Source: a virus (Duplodnaviria; Caudoviricetes). From it: 58,362 nt of DNA. The stretch lies in the IMG/VR virus record IMGVR_UViG_3300037882_000558, positions 1 to 58,362 of that record; one strand, written 5' to 3'. Below the pieces are notes generated by a model. It was not told the DNA's origin, did no database searches, and worked only from the letters and a program-made list of their open reading frames with translations. Below, piece by piece: positions 1 through 10,131 of this stretch (its first letter is position 1; the number at the start of each line of letters is the position of its first letter). A program made the translations under genes and the position numbers.

Positions 1-1392
1 ATCGTAATTAACAAGTTGCTGAGAGAGCGCAATCTTGATATCTGGGCTAAGCTTAAACTTGTTTTTCTCGATCCGGCGTTTACTAATCTATACGCAGCGA
101 TTAAGAGACACTACGATAGGTATAGCGAACTTCCATCATTTGATGACCTAGAAGTATCTCTAAGAGAAGGCCCTGCATTAACAACGTTAGCTACAATTAA
201 ATTAGCTGACGAACCAGATATCTCTGCCGAAATTGCACTAGATGCATTAATCGATCAGTATACTCAATCAGAGACAGTAAGACAGTTAGATAGGTTCCTT
301 GACAAATTACCTATTTATGATACTGCAGAAATTAAAGAAAATCTAGCTGGTATAGTACTAGCACTAGATGAAAAAACGCTTACTACCGAAGGCGTTTACC
401 ACATGGGCGACATTCTCTTATTCAAGAATGACGCTGAATTAGCACGTGACCGTGTACATTTAGGTCTAAATAATACTTTTGATGCAGTATTAGCAGGTGT
501 AGCACGTCAAGAATTAGTATTAATTGGCGGACCTCGCGGTTCAGGTAAGTCAATTATCTGTAGCAATATTGCAGTTAATCAGTACCAAGCTGGTAACGTA
601 TGCCCGTATTTCACAATCGAAATGATTGCACATGAAACTATGGAACGTAACTTCAGTATTTTAGCCGACGTACCTATTCAGAACCTAAAGCAGAATAAGT
701 TAACCAGTGAAGAACTATTGCGAGTTATTAAAGCTCGTGCAGGTATGTTTGACGACAGTGCAGACCTGGTTGCAGAATTCATGCGTACAGGCGATAAGTT
801 TGCGTTTGAAAGTAAGCTAATTCGCGAGAAGAAACTACGTGAAGATGGTCAAATGATCATTATTGACGATAGAGCGCTTACGCTAACAAATCTAGATTTA
901 CACCTAGGAAAAATTAAGTCAAAGTTTGGGGATAAATTCAAGGTAGCGGTAGTAGACTATTTGAATCAAATCCACGTAGAAGGAGCCAATCAGTTTGACT
1001 GGCAGCCTCAAGTTATCGTCTCTAAAAAGATGAAAGAACTTGCACGTAAGTACGATATTGTTATGTTCAGTCCTTATCAGATTGATGCAGTTGGTGAAGC
1101 CAGATTCGCAAAAGGTATTCTAGATGCAGCTGACATTGCATTGTTAATGAAGCCACATGATAAGGAAACTGGGGCTATTTCTTTTGAAACCACAAAAATT
1201 CGTGGCGGTAAAGAAATGAAGTTTACAAGCGGTATTAATTGGGATTCTCTGAGAATTAGCCCTATACCTATTGAGCAGCCTCAAGATAGTGAACAACCAA
1301 AAGAACAAAAAATCAAAAGAGCTGGAAAAGCAAAAACAACTAACATAGAGAAAACGGACGACTCAGCGTCAGATATACCACCATGGGCCTAA
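1..1392 (+). CDS. Replicative DNA helicase, DnaB/SF4-like (T5-type); 5' end lies outside the window
   Basis: Walker A GGPRGSGKS, Walker B VVDYLN, C-terminal KIRGG; frame is open back to base 1; lies upstream of primase as in T5. Confidence 0.9.
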   Translation: MVINKLLRERNLDIWAKLKLVFLDPAFTNLYAAIKRHYDRYSELPSFDDLEVSLREGPALTTLATIKLADEPDISAEIALDALIDQYTQSETVRQLDRFLDKLPIYDTAEIKENLAGIVLALDEKTLTTEGVYHMGDILLFKNDAELARDRVHLGLNNTFDAVLAGVARQELVLIGGPRGSGKSIICSNIAVNQYQAGNVCPYFTIEMIAHETMERNFSILADVPIQNLKQNKLTSEELLRVIKARAGMFDDSADLVAEFMRTGDKFAFESKLIREKKLREDGQMIIIDDRALTLTNLDLHLGKIKSKFGDKFKVAVVDYLNQIHVEGANQFDWQPQVIVSKKMKELARKYDIVMFSPYQIDAVGEARFAKGILDAADIALLMKPHDKETGAISFETTKIRGGKEMKFTSGINWDSLRISPIPIEQPQDSEQPKEQKIKRAGKAKTTNIEKTDDSASDIPPWA

Positions 1393-1823
1393 TTACACAA
1401 ATCAAACAAGATCAGCTAGCTGCTAGAAAGCTAAAAGTTAGTGTTATAGTTAATCTTCTTACTACCTTAATTGGCGAAGCTGAAATGGTTAGTAAGAATG
1501 CAGGTACACCCGCCCCTTCAGATGATGAAGTTCTAGCAGTAATTAAAAAGTTCCTAAAAGGAATTAATGAAACCTTAAAGCTTACTACAGATGCGGAGAA
1601 AATTAGAACTCTAGAACAAGAAGCTAAAATGCTCTCTAAGTACCTACCTGCTGAATTAACTGCAGAACAGTTAAAGGAAATCATTGGTGCGCAAATAGTT
1701 CTTAATCCAGGTATTAAGCAAAGCGGTTTAATGGCATTTTTAAAGACTGCATACGGTACTGCTGTAAACGGTAAAGTTGCCTCAACTATTGTAAAAGAGT
1801 TACTAGATGGATCACGTATTTGA
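1383..1823 (+). CDS. GatB/YqeY-domain protein
   Basis: Pattern IKQDQLAARK...SDDEVLAVIKK...LSKYLPAELTAEQL...GKVASTIVKELL matches the YqeY family. Confidence 0.8.
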   Translation: MGLITQIKQDQLAARKLKVSVIVNLLTTLIGEAEMVSKNAGTPAPSDDEVLAVIKKFLKGINETLKLTTDAEKIRTLEQEAKMLSKYLPAELTAEQLKEIIGAQIVLNPGIKQSGLMAFLKTAYGTAVNGKVASTIVKELLDGSRI

Positions 1824-2670
1824 GTTACTAAAGAAGAAAGGCGTTCCGTTCACAGTATCGGGACGTGACTTCGTAGTATCCTGTTTAAATCCAGAACATA
1901 CGGATAAGAATCCGTCTTGTCGTATTGATAAAGTAACAGGTGTAACTCACTGTCTATCCTGCGGTTTTAAAACTAACATCTTTAAGTTTTTTGGTATTAC
2001 GGGAGCGCAACGCTCTGTAAAAATTGCTAAACTTAAAGAGAAATTAGCAGATTTATACGCTAATACTAATGGATTAGACTTACCAGAAGGTTCTGTACCT
2101 TATACTAAAGTATTTAGAGGTATTAGCAAGAGTACTCTTGCTAAGTTTGGTGCTTTCTATAATAACCGAGAAGACTTAGCGGACCGTATATTTTTTCCTG
2201 TAGTTAATATTCGTGGAAAAACACAAGTATTTATTGGAAGACATTTAATGTCAGAAGGTAACCCACGTTACCTTTTTCATCCAGCACATACTGCGCCAAA
2301 TCTACTACCATGCGTATACCTTAAAAAGTATAGTTCCATGATCTTAGTAGAAGGTATCTTTGACATGTTAAATCTGCATGATAAAGGTATTGAGAATTGC
2401 TCATGTACTTTCGGTACTAGTACAATGCAGAATAATACATCTGAAAAGATGTTACCATTTAAAACAATGGGTATTACAAAAGTCTTTATCTTATATGATG
2501 GAGATAAAGCAGGCCGAGATGCAGCTAAAAAGATCAAGCCACTAATCGAAGAACTTGATTTTATAGTTGAAATCATAGATTTACCAGATGACAGCGATCC
2601 TGGCGATTTAAACCAAGAGGACGTAGATCAAATTAAAGCGTATATTAATGAAGAAAATAGCGATCATTGA
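1807..2670 (+). CDS. DNA primase (CHC2 zinc finger + TOPRIM)
   Basis: CLNPEHTDKNPSC...CLSCG zinc finger; VEGIFD and YDGDKAG TOPRIM motifs. Confidence 0.93.
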   Translation: MDHVFELLKKKGVPFTVSGRDFVVSCLNPEHTDKNPSCRIDKVTGVTHCLSCGFKTNIFKFFGITGAQRSVKIAKLKEKLADLYANTNGLDLPEGSVPYTKVFRGISKSTLAKFGAFYNNREDLADRIFFPVVNIRGKTQVFIGRHLMSEGNPRYLFHPAHTAPNLLPCVYLKKYSSMILVEGIFDMLNLHDKGIENCSCTFGTSTMQNNTSEKMLPFKTMGITKVFILYDGDKAGRDAAKKIKPLIEELDFIVEIIDLPDDSDPGDLNQEDVDQIKAYINEENSDH

Positions 2671-4951
2671 CAAACAACCTTCGAGAAATAACTATGCACA
2701 ATATTTCCCGTTTGAGTTTGATCACTACCATATGTCGAGTGTTCCAGTACCTAAGCTACTCAAGAAAGACGTTGACTTAGTAGTAGACCTAGACCCGTAT
2801 GATATGGTTATTCTAGTAGGTTCAGAGGCTGCTAAAGAGTACGCTAAGATTACCTCGGTAACCAATTATGCAGGACAGCTAGTAAACGGTAAATTTATAG
2901 CGATTACTAATCCCGCTATGTTGCATTTTAAACCTGAAGGTAAACCTGATTTTGAGCGAGCTGTAGGTAAGATTCTTAAGTATTATGAAGGTGTACTTAC
3001 AAATAGTAGTGAATCAGGTGACTTCAAAGGTATTAATAATTCCGAAGAAGCACTAGAGTACTTACTAGAAATCTTAAACTCAGAAGCTAAATATGTGGCT
3101 GCTGACACGGAAACCACATCACTTTATCCTCGCGATGGTTATGTACTAGGGTTATCTCTTAGTTATAAATTAAAGCACGGTAGATATATCCTTACGGATA
3201 TTCTAGACGAGCGTCATATTGATCTGTTACAGCGAATCTTTAAAGAAAAAGTTATCGTATTCCATAACTTAAAGTTCGATTATAAAATGATTCATTACCA
3301 TCTTGGATTAGAGTTTAATCGCTCAGATATTCACGATACAATGGTAATGCATTATGTACTAGATGAAAACGACTCACATGGCTTGAAAGAGTTGGCTTTA
3401 AAGTATACCGACTACGGTGACTATGACGCAGAACTAGATACATTTAAAAAGCAATACTGTGCAGATCACGGTATTAAGCAAGAAGACTTCACATACGATC
3501 TCATCCCTTATCATATTATGTGTAAGTATGCTAGTATAGATACTGCTGTAACTTTAGAGTTATTCTTTAAGTTCCACCCTATTATTGAAAAGAGCGATAA
3601 GTTTAGATTTGTATACCGTGATATCTTAATCAGAGGTACTCTATTCCTAATGGATATGGAGGAAGTAGGTATCCCTATCCATAGAGAACGTATGGAAGCC
3701 ACGGGTATTTACTTAGATACTCAAATCGAAGAAGCTAAACAAGAAGTTTTTGCCTTCGAAGCTATTAAGCAATTTGAAGCAGATAGCGGAAAGATTTTTA
3801 ATCCAAATTCAGTACCTATGTTACGTACGATACTGTTTGATTATTTAAATCTTACTCCCACAGGAAAACTAACTAAGACAGGAGCATTATCTACTGATGT
3901 AGAAGTGCTAGAAGAACTTAGTAGTGAACACCCACTTCCTGCGGCAATTTTAAAAGTAAGGCAATTAGGTAAGATTCGTAGCTCTTATGTTGCCAAAATT
4001 CTACCGGAGCTTGACAGAGATGGACGTATTCGTACTAACTTTAATCTCATTTTTACCACATCTGGGCGTTTATCTAGCTCAGGTAAGTTTAATGCTCAAC
4101 AAATTCCTAGAGATTCTCCAATTAAAGGATGTATTCACGCACCGGCAGGATACAAGATTGTTTCTCAAGACTTAGCAACAGCTGAAATGTATTATGCAGC
4201 CGTCCTAAGTAAAGATAAGAATCTGCAGAAAGTATTTATTGACGGTGGGGACTTCCACTCTAGTATTGCTAAGATGGTTTTCAAATTGGAAGCTGCTGTA
4301 GAACATATTAAGGAGTTACATAAGTTAGAACGGCAAAGTAGTAAAGCTGTTTCTTTCGGTATTCTATTCGGTTCAGGGCCTGCAAAGGTTATGGAAAGCG
4401 TGAATAAAGAAGGTGGTAATATGACTCTCTTTGAAGCTAAAGAAGTCATTGCAGATTACTACAATACATTTAAGCAACTAAAGCGTTGGCTTAATGATCG
4501 TAAGACATTTATTGAAACAAATGGGTACACTTACTCTCATTTCGGACGTAAGCGTCGCCTAGTAAATGTATTTAGCTCAGATAAGGGCATTGCCGCCCAC
4601 GAAGTACGTTCAGGTATTAATGCAGAAATCCAATCACTAGCATCTGATATGAATCTACTAGGTGCTATGGATACTCATGATGAGTGCAAAAAGAAAGGCA
4701 TAGATGCTAAAATCTTCATGCTAGTGCATGACTCCATTGTAGCACTAGTAAAAGATGAAGATGTAGAGTGTTATTGTGAAATCTTGAAGAGGAATACTCA
4801 GAAAGATCGCGGATGTAATATTCCACTATGCCCTATTGGGGTAGACCAAGAAATTGGTAATGATTACTCCTTCGGCGGTTTCGACAAAAAATACGATATT
4901 ATAGATTCAGAACAAGGACCTATGCTACGTGTCAAACCTAAGTCTAAGTGA
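2648..4951 (+). CDS. Family A DNA polymerase with 3'-5' exonuclease (T5-type)
   Basis: ExoI DTET, ExoII HNLKFD, ExoIII YASID; TTSGRLSS; motif A DLATAE; motif B RQSSKAVSFGILFG; motif C VHDS. Confidence 0.96.
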   Translation: MKKIAIIDKQPSRNNYAQYFPFEFDHYHMSSVPVPKLLKKDVDLVVDLDPYDMVILVGSEAAKEYAKITSVTNYAGQLVNGKFIAITNPAMLHFKPEGKPDFERAVGKILKYYEGVLTNSSESGDFKGINNSEEALEYLLEILNSEAKYVAADTETTSLYPRDGYVLGLSLSYKLKHGRYILTDILDERHIDLLQRIFKEKVIVFHNLKFDYKMIHYHLGLEFNRSDIHDTMVMHYVLDENDSHGLKELALKYTDYGDYDAELDTFKKQYCADHGIKQEDFTYDLIPYHIMCKYASIDTAVTLELFFKFHPIIEKSDKFRFVYRDILIRGTLFLMDMEEVGIPIHRERMEATGIYLDTQIEEAKQEVFAFEAIKQFEADSGKIFNPNSVPMLRTILFDYLNLTPTGKLTKTGALSTDVEVLEELSSEHPLPAAILKVRQLGKIRSSYVAKILPELDRDGRIRTNFNLIFTTSGRLSSSGKFNAQQIPRDSPIKGCIHAPAGYKIVSQDLATAEMYYAAVLSKDKNLQKVFIDGGDFHSSIAKMVFKLEAAVEHIKELHKLERQSSKAVSFGILFGSGPAKVMESVNKEGGNMTLFEAKEVIADYYNTFKQLKRWLNDRKTFIETNGYTYSHFGRKRRLVNVFSSDKGIAAHEVRSGINAEIQSLASDMNLLGAMDTHDECKKKGIDAKIFMLVHDSIVALVKDEDVECYCEILKRNTQKDRGCNIPLCPIGVDQEIGNDYSFGGFDKKYDIIDSEQGPMLRVKPKSK

Positions 4952-5462
4952 AATAACATTTCCTGTATTTAGATTAGGGGAAGTAGAGCCTATAGTTGAA
5001 AATGGTGCTACTTTTTATATGTCCTTAACTGAAGACGGAGATGAAAGAACATATCATCTCCGTCTTATAGACGATAAAAAGATAAAAGGCAAAAGTTTAG
5101 CAACTAGACGTATAGCTCTAATAACTAATGGACGTAAAGTTCAAAGGATTAGTAGAGCTTTTTTCTTTATAGGTGATTTTCTTAAATCAAGTAAAAGTAC
5201 TACTTGGTTTATAGACTATAAAGGTATATTATTCAACTATAAAAAATCTAAATACGTACCCTTAATCTACAAAAAGATAGACAAAATCATACGTTTACCT
5301 AGTGGTGGTGCAATCATTGAAGTGGCCGGTACTAGGTATAAAGTATTATTCGCCCCTAAACTGGACGAGTTGTACGTAGGTTTACTAATAATAGGTACAG
5401 GACAAAGTTTATTATATGGCGTATACAAAGAAAAGCATAAAGACTCTAGGCGTATGATATAA
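4929..5462 (+). CDS. Conserved T5-like hypothetical protein between polymerase and D10
   Basis: Syntenic position; FPVFRL and FIDYKG...YKKS motifs resemble the T5 counterpart. Confidence 0.7.
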   Translation: MSNLSLSEITFPVFRLGEVEPIVENGATFYMSLTEDGDERTYHLRLIDDKKIKGKSLATRRIALITNGRKVQRISRAFFFIGDFLKSSKSTTWFIDYKGILFNYKKSKYVPLIYKKIDKIIRLPSGGAIIEVAGTRYKVLFAPKLDELYVGLLIIGTGQSLLYGVYKEKHKDSRRMI

Positions 5463-6758
5463 ATGGGCAGAGCAATAATTTCAAATAGAATCTTTATACA
5501 GGTACCTCCTGATGGCCCTAAAGAGCTTATGGAGGCTCTTACTTATAAGATTGAACAAAAAGCACATGGAAGAAACGGTAAATCTAAAACTGTAGAAGTT
5601 ATACGTAATTATAAAGTTGTAAAAGCCGGAGTACTATCTTTACCTCAAGGTAGACAAGATTTAATCCCTGAAGACTATGTAGTAGACGATAGGCGTATTT
5701 TTAATGAAGTACCCTGGCCAGAAGCTAAATACCCATTAAGAGAGGGTCAGCAAGAAGTATACGATAAGGCAGATGATACACTATTCTTAAATGCTAAAGT
5801 TGGTTGGGGTAAGACATTTACTGCATTACATATTGCTAAAAAATTCAGCCAAAAGACACTAGTAATTACACATACCACTGCTCTTCGCGATCAGTGGGTT
5901 AAAGAAATAGAAACACTTTTCGGCTGCAAGCCGGGAATTATAGGTTCGGGTAAATTTGATATTGAAGATCATTTTATCGTAGTAGGTAATGTACAAACAG
6001 TAGTTAAAATGCTAGATGTTTTAGCAAAAGAATTTGGTACTGTTATAATGGATGAAGCCCACCATTGTCCTGCTACTACATTTACTGCGGTAATTGATAG
6101 TTTTCATGCACGTTATCGTATTGCTCTAAGCGGCACAATGCTTCGTAAAGATGGTAAGCACATTGTATTCCCAGATTACTTTGGAAATACAGTATTCAAA
6201 CCAGCTCAAAGTCATACACTTAACCCCAAAGTTAAATTATTGAAGACCGGAGTAGTTTTACGTGGCGCCAATTGGGCTGAAAAAATCAATAATCTTTTAT
6301 ACGATCCAGACTATCAAGAGTTAATAGCCACTACGGCTTTGTTTTATCTAAATCATGGACATAAAGTACTTATTACAGGTAGTAGAGTCGAATTCTTACA
6401 ACGAATCCAGGAGTTAATTGGTGACACATGCGTACTTATTACTGGGGAGGTTGGTTTCGAAGAGCGAACGCGACTCCTTGAAAAAATCGAAGCAGGAGAA
6501 GCCACTTGCATATCTGCTAGTCGGCAAATCTTCACAGAAGGTATTTCCTGTAATCCGCTCAGTTGCGTAATACTAGCAGAACCTACTAGTAACCCTATAT
6601 TACTAGAACAGTTAATAGGTCGTATTCAGCGTTTATGGCCTGACAAGCTATATCCGCTAGTAGTAGACCTACAATTTAACGGACCTGCAGAACGTAGACA
6701 GAATAATATGCGAGTAGCATTTTACAACCAACAAAATTGGGAAATTGACATAGTATGA
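5463..6758 (+). CDS. D10: SF2 DEAH helicase (T5 D10/UvsW-like)
   Basis: GWGKT, MDEAHH, LSGT and QLIGRIQR motifs; T5 synteny. Confidence 0.92.
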   Translation: MGRAIISNRIFIQVPPDGPKELMEALTYKIEQKAHGRNGKSKTVEVIRNYKVVKAGVLSLPQGRQDLIPEDYVVDDRRIFNEVPWPEAKYPLREGQQEVYDKADDTLFLNAKVGWGKTFTALHIAKKFSQKTLVITHTTALRDQWVKEIETLFGCKPGIIGSGKFDIEDHFIVVGNVQTVVKMLDVLAKEFGTVIMDEAHHCPATTFTAVIDSFHARYRIALSGTMLRKDGKHIVFPDYFGNTVFKPAQSHTLNPKVKLLKTGVVLRGANWAEKINNLLYDPDYQELIATTALFYLNHGHKVLITGSRVEFLQRIQELIGDTCVLITGEVGFEERTRLLEKIEAGEATCISASRQIFTEGISCNPLSCVILAEPTSNPILLEQLIGRIQRLWPDKLYPLVVDLQFNGPAERRQNNMRVAFYNQQNWEIDIV

Positions 6759-7054
6759 CAGTATTAGAGCTTTTAATTATAGTTTATATATTATCTCTAA
6801 CAGTGACGTTAATAGCACATATTAGAGATAATATTGATAGTATTAAATCAGATATTAGTAGATGTCGTGATACCTGGTACTCTCCACGAGTAACAATAGG
6901 TAGTTTATTAAGAGACCTACTTGTAATTATATGTCCTATAGTAAATACTGTAGCAGCTATTATATATTTACTTATGTTTATGGAATGGACCTGGAATAGT
7001 TTCTTCCCGAATTTATTTCGTATTCCCTTAATACCTCCAAAAACAAAGACTTGA
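6755..7054 (+). CDS. Small membrane protein
   Basis: Two hydrophobic segments; ATGA overlap with D10 stop. Confidence 0.65.
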   Translation: MTVLELLIIVYILSLTVTLIAHIRDNIDSIKSDISRCRDTWYSPRVTIGSLLRDLLVIICPIVNTVAAIIYLLMFMEWTWNSFFPNLFRIPLIPPKTKT

Positions 7055-7079
7055 TTAAAACTTTCTGATTTGCTATAAT
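7051..7079 (+). promoter_or_regulatory. Sigma70-type promoter
   Basis: TTGATT-N17-TATAAT with TG extension, upstream of the NAD cluster. Confidence 0.75.
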
Positions 7080-7109
7080 GTTTACATCGAATCAGAAAGC
7101 AATTAAGGA

Positions 7110-7298
7110 ATGAAGTACCGTTATTATATTACCGATACCTTTGATGGAGAAATTAAAGGTACTAATGAAACTGCATTAGTCAATCAACTTCGCGGGTGTC
7201 AGGAATATTTTATCCTTGATACTGAAATTGATTGCTGGCTGCAAATGGACAGAAATCTACCTATTAAGAATTATAGAGATGCGCATTTACATAATTAA
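7110..7298 (+). CDS. Hypothetical protein
   Basis: 62-aa ORF directly after the promoter; AAGGA immediately upstream. Confidence 0.6.
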   Translation: MKYRYYITDTFDGEIKGTNETALVNQLRGCQEYFILDTEIDCWLQMDRNLPIKNYRDAHLHN

Positions 7299-7530
7299 AA
7301 TCTATAATCTTAATAACGGATTGGTACCGCCTATTAAGATTTCGTCCCGTTTTAAGTCTTGGTTGTATTTACGTTTAGCATACTTAGTAGTAGATACTTA
7401 CGGTAGAGTTACAGCTGCAAAATCAGATCAGTTTGATTTTGAAGTAGTAGATTCAGAAGGTATTCACATACTAGGTATTACCGAGGAGGAATTCATACAT
7501 GATGGGTTCCTATTATCAACACAACATTAA
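7279..7530 (+). CDS. Hypothetical protein (likely start ATG 7279)
   Basis: In-frame ATG of the 7216..7530 ORF; fills the gap before natV. Confidence 0.55.
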   Translation: MRIYIIKIYNLNNGLVPPIKISSRFKSWLYLRLAYLVVDTYGRVTAAKSDQFDFEVVDSEGIHILGITEEEFIHDGFLLSTQH

Positions 7531-7545
7531 TTAGCAGGAGCTGCT

Positions 7546-8553
7546 ATGAAGAAAATTTTAGGTGTAGTTATTGGCCGTTTCCAAGTCCCTGGTGGGCTTC
7601 ACGAAGGCCATAAATTCCTATTTAACAGCATTTTAGATAATTGCGATGAGCTACTAGTCTTACTAGGCTCAGCAAATCGGCCACGTTCCGTGGCAAATCC
7701 GTTCACTTATCTAGAGCGCGAAATTAATATCCGGGTTACACTAACCGAAGAGCAAAATGCCCGTACTACCTTTCTCCCACTGAACGATTACAAGTATAGT
7801 AATACGCAATGGATGGCAGACGTAGATGCTAGTATTAAGAAGTATAAGAAGTTTAGGGATTTGGACGTTAACCTATTTGGACACTTTAAAGAAGGTAATA
7901 ACTACCTAAAGTGGTTTCCTCAATATAAGTACCAAAATGTCGAATCTAGTCTGGAAATTACAGGTACAGCAATTCGTGGCCAATTTAAGCACTTACTACC
8001 GGCTAGTGTGGTTAATGATATGGACTATTTTGAAGCAGAAACCGCACGCTTTCAAAACTATCCGTATCCTGAATCTTTAAACTTTAATTGCGCTGATGCA
8101 ATCCTAGAATGTCAAGGGCATATCCTACTTATTAAGCGAGGGCACCCTCCTGGTGTAGGAAACTGGGCACTTCCAGGCGGTTTCAAGAACCGTAACGAGA
8201 CCTTCCAAGATGCTGCTATTCGTGAATTAATGGAAGAAACCAATGTACGTGTACCTAAAAAGGTGCTACTAGGTAGTATTAAGTCAACTACCTTATTTGA
8301 TAGCCCTCATCGTGCTGCAGCTGGTATTCCTCGTAATACTTTAGCAGTACATATTGTAGTAGAACCTGATCCTGATGGAAGCCTTCCCCGCGCTAACGGG
8401 TCGGATGATGCAGCTGAGGCTAAGTGGGTTCCTATTGCAGCCATTCTTAACGATTACCCGCTACACGATGACCACGCAGATATTATTTCTGTAGTCACAA
8501 AGTCAATGCCAGTTATTGCTTTTGCTAACGCAAGGATCATGAATGGCTATTGA
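7546..8553 (+). CDS. natV: Bifunctional NMN adenylyltransferase / Nudix ADP-ribose pyrophosphatase (NadM-Nudix, NatV-like)
   Basis: GRFQ..LHEGH (HxGH), GSAN, NPFTYLER; Nudix box GGFKNRNETFQDAAIRELMEET; DHADII; SD AGGAG. Confidence 0.93.
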   Translation: MKKILGVVIGRFQVPGGLHEGHKFLFNSILDNCDELLVLLGSANRPRSVANPFTYLEREINIRVTLTEEQNARTTFLPLNDYKYSNTQWMADVDASIKKYKKFRDLDVNLFGHFKEGNNYLKWFPQYKYQNVESSLEITGTAIRGQFKHLLPASVVNDMDYFEAETARFQNYPYPESLNFNCADAILECQGHILLIKRGHPPGVGNWALPGGFKNRNETFQDAAIRELMEETNVRVPKKVLLGSIKSTTLFDSPHRAAAGIPRNTLAVHIVVEPDPDGSLPRANGSDDAAEAKWVPIAAILNDYPLHDDHADIISVVTKSMPVIAFANARIMNGY

Positions 8554-8740
8554 AATTATCCGGCGCGGGTCTTTACCAGAAGAAAAGAAGTATACATGTA
8601 CCTGCGCTAAGTGTAATACAATTTTTAATTTTCTACAGAAAGATGCAGAATACCACAAAGGTTCTGACGACTTGGATTCACCATCGTTAAGAATTCTATG
8701 TCCGCTTTGCCTTTCTACTCAACACATTTACGATATTTGA
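8543..8740 (+). CDS. Small zinc-ribbon protein
   Basis: CAKC...CPLC; overlaps the natV stop. Confidence 0.65.
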   Translation: MAIEIIRRGSLPEEKKYTCTCAKCNTIFNFLQKDAEYHKGSDDLDSPSLRILCPLCLSTQHIYDI

Positions 8741-8751
8741 AGGAGTTTCAA

Positions 8752-10131
8752 ATGAACCTTATTAATTCTATTTTATTCAACGTTGACAGCTATAAAGTTT
8801 CCATGTGGAAGCAGTATCCGGAAGGTACTGAAGTTGTTTATAGTTACATCGAAGCCCGTGGTGGTGATCTAAGTACCGAAGTTCTTTTCTTTGGTCTGCA
8901 AGCCTTTATTAAAGATTATCTCTTAAAGCCTGTTACAGCAGCCGAAGTTGCACTAGCTGACAAGTATTGGACTGCTCACGGTGAGCCTTTCAATCGTGCT
9001 GGTTGGGATTATATTGTTGAAAAGCATAATGGTCTACTTCCTATCCGTATTAAAGCGGCTAAGGAAGGTCTAGTAATTCCTAGTAAGAATGTACTGGCTA
9101 CTATTGAAAATACTGACCCTAATGTACCGTGGCTTACCACTTGGGTTGAAACAGCGATGCTACGCGGCATCTGGTATCCTTCTAGTGTAGCTACTATTAG
9201 TTACAAAATTAAGAAGTTAATCGCACACTATCTTGAAAAGACGGGTGATCCTAGTTTACTACCATTCAAGCTACATGACTTCGGTGCTCGCGGTTGTAGT
9301 TCAAATGAAACCGCATCACTAGGCGGGATGGCTCACCTAGTTAACTTTATGGGGACTGATACTTATGTTGCAGTACTTAAGGCAGTTGAAACTTACGGTG
9401 CTGATGTGGCTAGTACGGGTTTCAGTATTCCAGCTGCGGAACACTCTACTATCACAAGCTGGGGGCGCGATTCCGAAGCTGACGCTTACCTTAACATGGT
9501 ACGACAATTCAGTAAGCCAGGAAGTATCTATGCCGTCGTCTCAGATAGCTACGACATCTACAACGCCTGCAAGCTCTGGGGGGGCGATCTTAAAGATAGC
9601 GTTATCCAATCGGGCGGAACACTTGTAATTCGCCCGGATAGTGGAGAACCTACTGAAGTTCTACCTAAGATGCTAACCATTCTAGATGAGCAATTTGGTA
9701 GCGAAGTCAATAGCAAGGGCTTTAAAGTACTTAACAATGTTCGCCTAATCTGGGGTGATGGTATTAACCACAAGAGCATTTGGGCTATCCTAAGTTGTTT
9801 CTTCCAACTAGGATGGTCCGTAGATAATATTGTGTTTGGTATGGGTGGTGCCCTACTTGGTCGCGTGCAACGCGACGACCTTGGGTGGGCAATGAAGTGT
9901 TCTGCTATTCGTGTAAACGGTGAATGGCGCGACGTATTCAAGGATCCAATTACCGCTCGTGGTAAGGCTAGCAAGAAGGGTCGTGTTACACTCTATAAAG
10001 AGGCTGCAAATAGTGCCTACTACTCAGGTGTAGAAGATTGGCCGCCTAGTGAATTAGAACTAGTTTTTCAGGACGGTATTCTAGTTCGTGATATGACTTT
10101 TACTGAAGTGAGGGCAAATGCCACAATCTAA
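8752..10131 (+). CDS. nadV: Nicotinamide phosphoribosyltransferase (NAMPT)
   Basis: DSYKVSM, HDFGARG, SIPAAEHS, VSDSYD, IRPDSG, GDG, FGMGG and WAMKCS motifs; SD AAGGAG before ATG 8752. Confidence 0.96.
   Translation: MNLINSILFNVDSYKVSMWKQYPEGTEVVYSYIEARGGDLSTEVLFFGLQAFIKDYLLKPVTAAEVALADKYWTAHGEPFNRAGWDYIVEKHNGLLPIRIKAAKEGLVIPSKNVLATIENTDPNVPWLTTWVETAMLRGIWYPSSVATISYKIKKLIAHYLEKTGDPSLLPFKLHDFGARGCSSNETASLGGMAHLVNFMGTDTYVAVLKAVETYGADVASTGFSIPAAEHSTITSWGRDSEADAYLNMVRQFSKPGSIYAVVSDSYDIYNACKLWGGDLKDSVIQSGGTLVIRPDSGEPTEVLPKMLTILDEQFGSEVNSKGFKVLNNVRLIWGDGINHKSIWAILSCFFQLGWSVDNIVFGMGGALLGRVQRDDLGWAMKCSAIRVNGEWRDVFKDPITARGKASKKGRVTLYKEAANSAYYSGVEDWPPSELELVFQDGILVRDMTFTEVRANATI

Noticed and set aside
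8698-8751. Longer N-termini given by the ORF track for nadV (and likewise at 7216, 19886, 27386, 36314)
   Set aside because: Downstream ATGs have better SD sequences or lie after the promoter/terminator; the extensions overlap neighbouring elements
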